Shown here piece after piece: positions 26,949-35,593 of a DNA stretch of 64,000 bases. This DNA comes from Desulfosoma sp. (GTDB lineage: Bacteria; Desulfobacterota; Syntrophobacteria; Syntrophobacterales; DSM-9756). Within the stretch, counting starts at the first letter, position 1, and every line of letters begins with the position of its first letter. Made by a program: the position numbers and the translations under genes. The stretch is taken from NCBI GenBank assembly GCA_037481835.1, contig JBBFKW010000001.1:139503-203502 (forward strand), written 5' to 3'. The notes below the pieces were generated by a model. The model was not told where the DNA came from and did not search any database. It saw nothing but the letters and a program-made list of their open reading frames with translations.

Positions 26949-29222
26949 TCAATTGCCGTGAAGAGGGCACACCGTGGTCGGCACCAGCTCTTCCAAAAAA
27001 TAGGCCGTCTCCGTCCTGGGACAGAAGGGTGTGGCCGGCTCCTCCGATTCCACGCATACCCGCCGTTCCACGACCCCCGGCGGGACCGCGAAAGGCTGCG
27101 GGGCGATCCATGGGCGGATGTTTTTCATGAAGCGCGCCCAAAGGCGCAAGGCTCCCGTCGCACCGCTCAACCCCGTGGACCGGTTGTCGTCGAAACCAAC
27201 CCACACCAAGGCCAGAAGGTCGCTCGTGTAGCCCACGAACCAGGAATCCCGATAATCGCTGGTCGTGCCTGTCTTTCCCGCGCAGGGGAAGGTGATCCCC
27301 AGGGACGAAAGCCCGCGGGCCGTGCCTTCTTCCACGACGTTTTGGAGCATGTGCGTGATGAGAAACGCCTTGGCCGCACTGGTGACCGTGGTCATTTCCA
27401 CGTGGCGCCGTTCCAGGACCGTTCCCTTGGGGGTAACCACCTTGCGGATGGTCAGCAGTTCCGGCCTTTGCCCTTCGTTGGCCAAGGCGGCATAAGCCCC
27501 CGCCATTTCCAAGGGGGTGACTTCGAAGGCCCCCAGGGCCAGAGAAGGAAAAGGGTCGAGCCGGGAGCGGAATCCCAGCCGTCGGGCCGTCTCCACCACC
27601 TTTTCGAAGCCGATCTGGGCGGCCATGTTGACGGTGGCCGCGTTCAGGGAATACGTGAGGGCTTCCCGCACGGTCACGGTCCCGCGGTAGTGCCCGTCGT
27701 AGTTTCGCGGAGTCCACACCGAACCGTCCGCCTTGTACACCTTGGGCACATCGTCGATGCGGCTGATGGGAGTCAGCTGATCCAGGGCGGTGAGGTACAC
27801 GAACGGCTTGAAAGCAGAGCCGGGCTGTCGATGTGCCTGGAGCGCTCGATTAAAGGTGCTCAGCGCGTAATCCCTTCCGCCTACCAGGGCGGTAAGCGCC
27901 CCCGTCTTGGGATGCACCACCACGAGGGCCGCCTGCAACACCTCGGTGGGCTCTTCCGCCCGTAACCGCGGGTTTCGAGCCTCCAGCTCGCTCAGCCCTT
28001 CCTTGACCGCCTTTTCCGCTTCCCAGGCGATTTCCGGATGGTAGGCCGTGTAGATCACCAGCCCTTCCGAAGACAGGGTCTCCTTGGAATAGAGCGCCTC
28101 CAGCTGGGCCCTGACCAGGTCCACGTAATAGGGGGCCACGGTCACGGGCATGGGCCGCGGCGCCGTGCGGATGGGTTCCGAAACGGCTTTTTCGTAGGCT
28201 TCCTCGGTGATAAACCGGAGGTCCCTCATGCGCTGGAGGACCACGTTGCGCCTTTCCCGGCACAGATCCGGACTCTTGTAGGGCGAATACCGATTGGGAG
28301 CTTGGATCATCCCGGCCAGGACGGCCGATTCCCCGAGGCTCAGATCTTCCACGTTACGGCCGAAATAGAACCTGGCGGCTTCCCCGATCCCGTGAATGGC
28401 CACGCTGCGCCACTGGCCCAGGTAGATCTCGTTGAGGTACATTTCCAGGATGTCTTCCTTGGAATACCGCGCTTCCAAGACCAACGCCATGGCGGCTTCC
28501 AGGAGTTTTCTCCTGAGGGTCCTTTCCGGTTCCAGGAAGTAATTCTTGACCAACTGCTGGGTGATGGTGGAACCGCCTTGAACGATGCGGCCGGCCATGA
28601 AATCCGCCCAAAGAGCGCGGGCGATGCCCCACCAGTCGATTCCACGGTGCTCGAAAAACCGACGGTCTTCAATGGCGACGACGGCTTTGGTCAGGTGGTC
28701 GGGAACATCTTCCAAGTTGATCAATAGGCGGGTTTCGCGGTTTTCCCCGAAGAGGCGGGCCAAGACCACGGGCTCCAGTTCCACGTAAGGGCGCACCCAC
28801 GCCCCGGCTTCCTCGATCCCCGCGACGCGCTCCCCTTGGAACCGAACGGTCACCTCCCGAGGTCTCAGGCTCGTTCCCGGATAGGAAAACCCCCGAAAGA
28901 AAACGCGGATCTCGTCTTTGCGGCGGGCGTATTCCCCCGGGCTGGGGCCCGAACCCGTCGTTATGCGATACCCTCGAGCGGCCAGGACCTCCTCGAACTG
29001 GGCCGGCCCCAAGGGCATGCCGGGATAAATCATCAGGGAATGGCTCAGAACCACGGCCGGGACGCTCCACAGCCGCCCCGCAAAACGTTTTTCGATGGCC
29101 TTCACCAAGTACGTGTACCCCGCAAAGGCCGCCACCGCGACGACGATGCCCACGGCGACACCCAGCTTCAGGAAGCGCCCCAGCCACGATCTTCGTTTTC
29201 CGAATCCTTGAACCTTCGTCAT
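26949..29222 (-). CDS. mrcB: Penicillin-binding protein 1B (class A, with UB2H-like domain)
   Basis: N-terminal TM, UB2H-like insert, EDRRFFEH, GGSTITQQLVKN, GSAFKP, YSLN, GKTGT. Confidence 0.93.
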   Translation of the reverse strand: MTKVQGFGKRRSWLGRFLKLGVAVGIVVAVAAFAGYTYLVKAIEKRFAGRLWSVPAVVLSHSLMIYPGMPLGPAQFEEVLAARGYRITTGSGPSPGEYARRKDEIRVFFRGFSYPGTSLRPREVTVRFQGERVAGIEEAGAWVRPYVELEPVVLARLFGENRETRLLINLEDVPDHLTKAVVAIEDRRFFEHRGIDWWGIARALWADFMAGRIVQGGSTITQQLVKNYFLEPERTLRRKLLEAAMALVLEARYSKEDILEMYLNEIYLGQWRSVAIHGIGEAARFYFGRNVEDLSLGESAVLAGMIQAPNRYSPYKSPDLCRERRNVVLQRMRDLRFITEEAYEKAVSEPIRTAPRPMPVTVAPYYVDLVRAQLEALYSKETLSSEGLVIYTAYHPEIAWEAEKAVKEGLSELEARNPRLRAEEPTEVLQAALVVVHPKTGALTALVGGRDYALSTFNRALQAHRQPGSAFKPFVYLTALDQLTPISRIDDVPKVYKADGSVWTPRNYDGHYRGTVTVREALTYSLNAATVNMAAQIGFEKVVETARRLGFRSRLDPFPSLALGAFEVTPLEMAGAYAALANEGQRPELLTIRKVVTPKGTVLERRHVEMTTVTSAAKAFLITHMLQNVVEEGTARGLSSLGITFPCAGKTGTTSDYRDSWFVGYTSDLLALVWVGFDDNRSTGLSGATGALRLWARFMKNIRPWIAPQPFAVPPGVVERRVCVESEEPATPFCPRTETAYFLEELVPTTVCPLHGN

Positions 29223-30637
29223 TTTCGATCCAGCCGGACGACGCATTCAATGTGCGGCGTGTGGGGAAAGAGGTCGAAGGGGCGGACGGAACCCACGGTG
29301 TAGTCCTGGGCCAAAGCGGTGAGATCCCGTGCGAGCGTGGAGGGGTTGCAAGAGACCGCCACGATGCGCCGGGGAGCCAGTTCCAGGAGCGCCTTGACGA
29401 CTTTGGGATGCATGCCCGATCGGGGAGGATCGGTAACGATCACATCCGGCGCGCCGCCGAGGAGCTCGCGGGGTGTGTGCCGAAGGACATCTTTAAGGTC
29501 TCCCGCAAAAAAACGGCAGTTTTCCACGCCGTTCAAGGCGGCGTTTCGGTACGCGTCGGCTACGGCTTCTTCGACGAGTTCAAACCCCGTGACTTTCCGG
29601 GCCTGCGAAGCCAGGCTCAAGGCGATGCTTCCAGTGCCGCAATAAAGGTCCCAGACGGTTTCCGCGCCGGTGAGCTCCGCGCTTTCCCGAACCGCTTCGT
29701 AAAGCCGCTCCGCCCCCAGGGTATTCGTTTGAAAAAACGAATGGGCCGAAATACGAAAGCGCAGGGTCCCTATGTGTTCTTCGATGGCTCCCGACCCCCA
29801 GAGAACCCGGGCGTCTTCGCCCTGTGCCACGTGGGCGCGGCTGCGATTGATGGAATGGACGAAAGTGCTCACGGGAGGCCCATGGGATTCCAGCAGGCGG
29901 CCGATCCGCTCCACGGCACGGTCCGTTCCTGGCCCATCGGCGGTGATGAGGTGCACCAGGCGCTGGCCTGTTTTCTTGGCTTCCCGAACGACAACGAAGC
30001 GCCACACGCCCTGGTGGGTGCGGATGTGATAAGGAGGAAGGCCGGTTTCACGGGCGCCCCGGCGCACCACGTCCACCACGGTCATGGCCTCCGGCGATTC
30101 CAGCCGGCAGTCATGGACGTCGAACACCCGGTCGAACCGACCCCGCACATGAAGTCCCAGGGCAAAAGATCGGTCGTAGGCCGTATGGGTTTGGGCCACT
30201 TCATCGGGAGACAACCACCGATGGGCCGAAAAGGTGAATTCCATCTTGTTTCGATATCCGTAGAGCACGGGAGAAGGGGTCACGTCCCCGATGGGACCCT
30301 GGAGGTCTTCAGGGAGAGCGCCCAAACATTCCGTCACATGCCGGTGTTTCCACAGCAGCTGCTGCGCATAGTCCAAGTCCTGCCAGAGGCACCCGCCGCA
30401 CACGCCGAAATGGGAACAGGCGGGCTGGACCTGGTGCGGGGACGGCTCGACGACGCGGATCACCTGAGCTTCCGCATAATTGGCCTTCTTTTTGACAATG
30501 CGCGCGTGGACCTTTTGGCCGGGAAGGGCTCGATCCAACAGGACCACGAAGCCGTCCAGGCGGCTGAGGGCTCTGCCGCCGAAAACCAGTTTGTCCACGA
30601 GGAGTTCCAATTCGCTGCCCTTCCGAAGCCCTTCCAT
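29219..30637 (-). CDS. rlmD: 23S rRNA m5U1939 methyltransferase
   Basis: TRAM domain, CSHFGVCGGC, YRNKMEF, SFFQTN, DLYCGTG, DPPRSG, SCNPSTLARD, DLFPHTPHIEC. Confidence 0.93.
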   Translation of the reverse strand: MEGLRKGSELELLVDKLVFGGRALSRLDGFVVLLDRALPGQKVHARIVKKKANYAEAQVIRVVEPSPHQVQPACSHFGVCGGCLWQDLDYAQQLLWKHRHVTECLGALPEDLQGPIGDVTPSPVLYGYRNKMEFTFSAHRWLSPDEVAQTHTAYDRSFALGLHVRGRFDRVFDVHDCRLESPEAMTVVDVVRRGARETGLPPYHIRTHQGVWRFVVVREAKKTGQRLVHLITADGPGTDRAVERIGRLLESHGPPVSTFVHSINRSRAHVAQGEDARVLWGSGAIEEHIGTLRFRISAHSFFQTNTLGAERLYEAVRESAELTGAETVWDLYCGTGSIALSLASQARKVTGFELVEEAVADAYRNAALNGVENCRFFAGDLKDVLRHTPRELLGGAPDVIVTDPPRSGMHPKVVKALLELAPRRIVAVSCNPSTLARDLTALAQDYTVGSVRPFDLFPHTPHIECVVRLDRK

Positions 30638-30772
30638 GGCTCTAAGCGCCTTTCGTCCCGTCAAATGTCTGGTGCCGCACAAGGCGTCTATGCTAATAGA
30701 TACGCTTTCGGAACGCCAGAGGCTTCCTGCGGGCGGCTCTGATGCGGGATTGCGGTGACGGAGATCGTGTCC

Positions 30773-31627
30773 ATGGGATCCATTGAAACCTACGGAAAAC
30801 TCATCAAATTCAGCCACACCATCTTCGCCTTGCCCTTCGCTTTGGCCGCCGTCACTTTGGCCCACAGGCTCAAGCCCCTGACGGTGTCATCCTTTTTGTG
30901 GATCGTGCTAGCCATGGTGGGAGCCCGCTCCGCCGCCATGGGGTTCAACCGCTTGGTGGACGTCCGGTTCGACCGCCTGAACCCGAGGACTGCCGATCGG
31001 CCCTCAGTCACCGGAGAAATTTCCCCTCGGGCCATCATCGCCTTCATTGGGGGCTCCTCGGCCCTTTTCGTTCTCAGCGCCGCCATGCTGGGGCCCTTGT
31101 GTCTCAAGCTCTCCATCCCCTGCCTGGGCGTCCTCTTCGGCTACTCCTACACCAAGCGTTTTACCGCGGCCTCCCATCTCTACCTCGGGGCCGCCATCGG
31201 GCTCGCGCCCATCGGGGCCTGGATCGCCGTCACCGGCTCCCTGGACGGGCGGATCCTTCTCCTTTCGGCGGCCCTCATGACCTACATCGCCGGCTTCGAC
31301 ATCCTCTACGCCTGCCAGGATGTGGATTTCGACCGCAGCATGGGCCTCTACAGTGTGCCCGCCCGTTGGGGCATCCCCCGGGCCTTGCGCTTTTCCGCCG
31401 CCCTTCATGTGGCCACCGTGGCGGCTCTCGGCGCCTTGGGGATGGCCTTCCGTTTGGGGGTTGTTTTCTACGTCTTTCTTTTGGCCATCGGCGGACTGCT
31501 CGTTTTCGAACACCGGTTGGTTCGACCCAACCGGCTCGACCGCATCCCCATCGCCTTCTTCCACGTGAACAGCGTGGTTTCCGTCCTTTTGCTCGCCGCC
31601 GTCTGGCTCGACGTGACCCTATCCTAG
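30773..31627 (+). CDS. UbiA-family polyprenyltransferase (MqnP-like)
   Basis: IKFSHTIFALPFA, NRLVD..FDRLNPRT, YSYTKRF, GFDILYACQD. Confidence 0.9.
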   Translation: MGSIETYGKLIKFSHTIFALPFALAAVTLAHRLKPLTVSSFLWIVLAMVGARSAAMGFNRLVDVRFDRLNPRTADRPSVTGEISPRAIIAFIGGSSALFVLSAAMLGPLCLKLSIPCLGVLFGYSYTKRFTAASHLYLGAAIGLAPIGAWIAVTGSLDGRILLLSAALMTYIAGFDILYACQDVDFDRSMGLYSVPARWGIPRALRFSAALHVATVAALGALGMAFRLGVVFYVFLLAIGGLLVFEHRLVRPNRLDRIPIAFFHVNSVVSVLLLAAVWLDVTLS

Positions 31628-31638
31628 GAGCTCCGCCC

Positions 31639-32376
31639 GTGTCCCATGTGTCCTTGGAAAAGAGCCCGCACCGCATCGGGTCCATGTTCGATCGGATTGC
31701 GGCGACCTATGACTTTCTGAACCATTTTCTGTCCCTGGGGGTGGACCTCTGGTGGCGCCGCCAGGCGGTGCGCGCCTTGTGGCGGTGCGCTCCCCAGACC
31801 CAAACCGTTCTGGACGTGGCCACGGGGACGGGAGACCTTGCTTTCGCCGCGCTGCGCCACCGCCCCGAAGCGACTGTCGTCGGGCTGGACCTTTCCCGAA
31901 AGATGCTTCGAATCGCCATGGAAAAGCGCCTGGCTCGGTCCATCCCTGAGCGCCGTTACGGCCTCATCGCCGGGAACGCACTGACCATGCCCTTTCGGGA
32001 CAGCTCCTTCGATGCCGTAATGATCGCCTACGGCATCCGAAACATGCCCGACACAGCCCAGGCGTTCCGGGAATTGCGCCGCGTCCTTCGCCCCGGAGGT
32101 CACGTGCTCGTGTTGGAATTCTGCCTGCCTCCCCATCCTCTTCTCAGGAGGCCGTATCTCTTCTACTTTGAAAAAGTTCTGCCGCGCCTCGGCGGCTGGG
32201 TGTCCCGAGACGGGGAAGCCTACCGGTATCTGCCGGCTTCCGTCGGCGCCTTCATCCGTCCGGAAGCCATGAGCGCCTTCGGCGCCGCGGAAGGCTTCGC
32301 CACGCAATGTATTCGGCTCCTCACGGGAGGCATCACCTATTACTGGATAGGCCGCTGCACCAAGGATCGACGATGA
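31639..32376 (+). CDS. ubiE: UbiE/MenG quinone C-methyltransferase
   Basis: MFDRIAATYDFLNHFLSLG.D.WWR, LDVATGTGD, YGIRN, LRPGG, AYRYLP.S. Confidence 0.92.
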   Translation: MSHVSLEKSPHRIGSMFDRIAATYDFLNHFLSLGVDLWWRRQAVRALWRCAPQTQTVLDVATGTGDLAFAALRHRPEATVVGLDLSRKMLRIAMEKRLARSIPERRYGLIAGNALTMPFRDSSFDAVMIAYGIRNMPDTAQAFRELRRVLRPGGHVLVLEFCLPPHPLLRRPYLFYFEKVLPRLGGWVSRDGEAYRYLPASVGAFIRPEAMSAFGAAEGFATQCIRLLTGGITYYWIGRCTKDRR

Positions 32377-34214
32377 AAACGGCTTATAAGAATCTACGGG
32401 ATTTCGTCCGCACTCTGGAACAACACGGGGAACTGCTGCGCATCAAGGCGCCGGTGTCCCGGGACTTGGAAATCACCGAAATTACGGACATCATGTGCAA
32501 GAGCCCGGGCGGCGGCAAGGCCCTTTTGTTCGAACAGGTCGTGGGATCGCCTTTTCCTGTCCTGACCAACGCCTTCGGCAGCGAAAGGCGCATGTGCATG
32601 GCCTTGGGTGTCCGCCACCTGGATGAGTTGGCGGCCCGCGTGCGCCGGTTCATCGAAGTGGAACCCCCCAAGTCTTTGGCCCACGCCGTTCGGTTGCTGC
32701 CCCTCGGGCTGGATCTCCTCCGGTTCATCCCCCGGAAGACCCGCACGGCGCCATGCCAAGAGGTCATCTTGCGCGGGGCCGACGTGGATCTGAACCTCCT
32801 TCCCGTCCTCAAATGCTGGCCGAAGGACGGCGGGCCCTTCGTGACTTTGCCCGTGGTCATCACCCAGAGCCTCAAAACGGGAAAGCGCAACGCCGGGATG
32901 TACCGGCTTCAGGTCTATGACGCCAAAACCACCGGGATGCACTGGCACATCCATAAGGACGGTTCCCATTACTTCCAGGAATATCGGGCCGCCGGGAAAG
33001 CCATGCCCGTGGCCGTGGCCATCGGCACCGATCCCGCCACGACCTATGCCGCCACGGCACCCCTTCCCCGCGGGGTCGACGAAATGATCCTCTCCGGATT
33101 CATCCGGCGGGCTCCCGTGCCCCTGACCCGCGCCGTGACCGTGCCTTTGGATGTGCCCGCCGAAGCGGAGTTCGTCCTGGAAGGCTATGTGGACCCCGAG
33201 GAACTGCGGCTGGAAGGTCCTTTCGGAGACCACACGGGATACTATTCGCTCACGGACACCTACCCCGTCTTTCACCTGACGGCGCTCACCCACCGCAAGA
33301 ACCCCATCTACCCGGCCACCATCGTGGGACGCCCCCCCATGGAAGACTGCTACTTGGCCAAGGCCACGGAGCGGCTTTTCCTGCCATTGCTGCAGGCGGT
33401 TCTTCCGGAAATCAAGGATTATTGGCTCCCTTGGGAAGGCGTGTTTCACAACATCACCGTCGTCGCCTTGCACAAAGAATACCCGGGGCACGCCCGAAAG
33501 GTCATGAGCGCCCTCTGGGGTCAAGGGCAAATGAGCTTCTGTAAAGCGCTCGTCATGGTGGACGCCGCTGCGGATCTCAGCCGGCCACGCTCCGTTCTGG
33601 AGACGGTGCTGAACACCGTGGATCTGGAACGGGACCTCTACATCACGGAAGGAGTTTTGGACGTCCTGGACCACAGCGCGCCGGAACCTCTCTTCGGCGG
33701 CAAGGTGGGGCTGGACGCCACGGCGCGGCTCGCCTCGGAAAGCCCGAGGCCGCAGCGGCCCCAAGTCTCGGCATGGCCGAACGACGCAACAATCTTGCGT
33801 CATGTGCAAAACGTGAGCAATCGGTTCACCGGATGCCGCCGCCTGGACCTGAACGTTTCCAACCCCGTGCTCCTCCTGAACGTGGTCAAGGACGGCACGA
33901 TGTCCGCCCGATCCCTGGCCCCGGCGCTGTTGGACGCCGAACCGCTGCGCCCTTTCACCGTCTTTGCCCTCTATGATCAAGACATCGCCCTCGGGGACGG
34001 GTCGTTGGTCTTGTGGAAACTGTTCAACAACGTGGATCCCCTTCGGGATATCGTCCGATCGGGAGGGCGGGTCGTGGTGGACGCCACGAAAAAAGGGCCG
34101 GAAGACGGTCATCTCCGGCCATGGCCCGATGACATCGCCATGGATCCCGAGGTGGCGGCCCGGGTTCGGCGCCGAGCCCGAGAGCTCGGCATCGAAGCGT
34201 ATTTGGAAAGCTGA
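32373..34214 (+). CDS. UbiD-family menaquinone biosynthesis decarboxylase
   Basis: LEITEI, NAGMYRLQ, EGPFGDHTGYY, GRPPMED, DVLDHS, DAT. Confidence 0.92.
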   Translation: MKTAYKNLRDFVRTLEQHGELLRIKAPVSRDLEITEITDIMCKSPGGGKALLFEQVVGSPFPVLTNAFGSERRMCMALGVRHLDELAARVRRFIEVEPPKSLAHAVRLLPLGLDLLRFIPRKTRTAPCQEVILRGADVDLNLLPVLKCWPKDGGPFVTLPVVITQSLKTGKRNAGMYRLQVYDAKTTGMHWHIHKDGSHYFQEYRAAGKAMPVAVAIGTDPATTYAATAPLPRGVDEMILSGFIRRAPVPLTRAVTVPLDVPAEAEFVLEGYVDPEELRLEGPFGDHTGYYSLTDTYPVFHLTALTHRKNPIYPATIVGRPPMEDCYLAKATERLFLPLLQAVLPEIKDYWLPWEGVFHNITVVALHKEYPGHARKVMSALWGQGQMSFCKALVMVDAAADLSRPRSVLETVLNTVDLERDLYITEGVLDVLDHSAPEPLFGGKVGLDATARLASESPRPQRPQVSAWPNDATILRHVQNVSNRFTGCRRLDLNVSNPVLLLNVVKDGTMSARSLAPALLDAEPLRPFTVFALYDQDIALGDGSLVLWKLFNNVDPLRDIVRSGGRVVVDATKKGPEDGHLRPWPDDIAMDPEVAARVRRRARELGIEAYLES

Positions 34215-34222
34215 GCGGGAAT

Positions 34223-35173
34223 CTACCGTTCCAGGAGTTGGCTGGCCCAGACGGGGTTTTCGATCTTTTTGTTTTCCAGGTGCATGACGGCGTAAATGAT
34301 GCTGTTATAAGGCACGGGCACGCCGCATTCCTTGCCCAGGCGCACGACCATGCCGTTTAAGGCTTCGATTTCCGTCTTGCGGTGCCATTCCAGATCGCGC
34401 AGCATGGAACACTTAAACCGGCGATTGTAGGAACGGGCCAAAGCCATGGCCTCTTCCACCGCGTTTTCGGGAAGCCCGATGCCGCACTTCTTGGAAAGTT
34501 CCAGCACTTCCTTCATGGTGCCTTCCAGCACCTCCCGGGTTTCCGGGCAGTCCAGGATGAGGCCCAACGGGGCCCTGCCCAGAGTGCTCACCCCGTGCAC
34601 GCCGCAGATGAAGAGGAATTTGGCCCACAGGACTTGCTGGATGTTCTCGGACACCTCGGCGTCGATGCCGGCGTTTCGGAAGGCCTGGTAAATCCTTTCC
34701 ACTCGTTCGGATCGTTCCCCTTTGAGTTCCCCGAAGATGATCTTGCCGGGTTTGCCCGTGTGGGCAATGACGCCCGGTGATGCGATAGTCGATTCGATAA
34801 AGACGGTGCCGGCGAGGATCTTTTCTTCCCCGAAATGGCGGGCGAGTTTTTCGGCGTTGTCGATCCCGTTCTGAAGGGTCAGGATCACCGTGTCGGCTTC
34901 CACCATGGGTTCGGCAAACCGGGCGGCCTTTTCGGTATCATGAGACTTGACGCAAAAGAGGAGCAGATCCACCGGGCCGATCTCTTCGGGCTCGGATGTG
35001 GCGTGGATGCGCACCCGAAAATTTTCGTTGTTGGTCACCACCTCCAGGCCTTCTTCCTGTAAAGCCTCCAGGTGCTTTCCTCGAGCCACGAAATGAATGT
35101 CCATCCCGGCGCGCGCAAGAAACCCTCCGAAGTATCCTCCAACGCCTCCCGTTCCCATGACCCCGATCTTCAT
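34223..35173 (-). CDS. panE: 2-dehydropantoate 2-reductase
   Basis: GTGGVGG, CVKS, LQNG, WAKF, SMLRD, TEIEALNG. Confidence 0.92.
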   Translation of the reverse strand: MKIGVMGTGGVGGYFGGFLARAGMDIHFVARGKHLEALQEEGLEVVTNNENFRVRIHATSEPEEIGPVDLLLFCVKSHDTEKAARFAEPMVEADTVILTLQNGIDNAEKLARHFGEEKILAGTVFIESTIASPGVIAHTGKPGKIIFGELKGERSERVERIYQAFRNAGIDAEVSENIQQVLWAKFLFICGVHGVSTLGRAPLGLILDCPETREVLEGTMKEVLELSKKCGIGLPENAVEEAMALARSYNRRFKCSMLRDLEWHRKTEIEALNGMVVRLGKECGVPVPYNSIIYAVMHLENKKIENPVWASQLLER

Positions 35174-35476
35174 TGACCGCTCCTTGTCGCTCCCGACCTT
35201 GCCGTCTCCCGAATCGCCCCGAGGGTGCCCCTTCGCGGACACCGAAAAACCGCTCTTCCAAGCCCAATCCGCGTATATATAGCGCCTCACCCAAGAGTCG
35301 TCAAACCTTTGGAAACACGCATCTTGCCGGCCCTCCCCACGACCCTCTCCTCTCTCCCCTTGTTCCTATTCATCCCTTCCTCTTGCTCCCATGGCTCTCT
35401 CGGGCATCTCCGTTCTCGTTTCTGTTGAGCGCCCAGAACCCTCCATCTCCTTTGCGCTCTCAACTTTCCATAGCCT

Positions 35477-35505
35477 TTGACAAAGCCGCCGAAACCCTTC
35501 ACTAT
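35477..35505 (+). promoter_or_regulatory. Candidate sigma70 promoter of the cysteine synthase fusion gene
   Basis: TTGACA-17 bp-CACTAT. Confidence 0.45.
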
Positions 35506-35593
35506 ACCGGCCGAATTCCTTATGGAAACTCATCCTTAAGGTCCGGAGCCGCCTCACGGCCCCCGAAAAACCCGCGTGGGAGATTGCGGCGTG

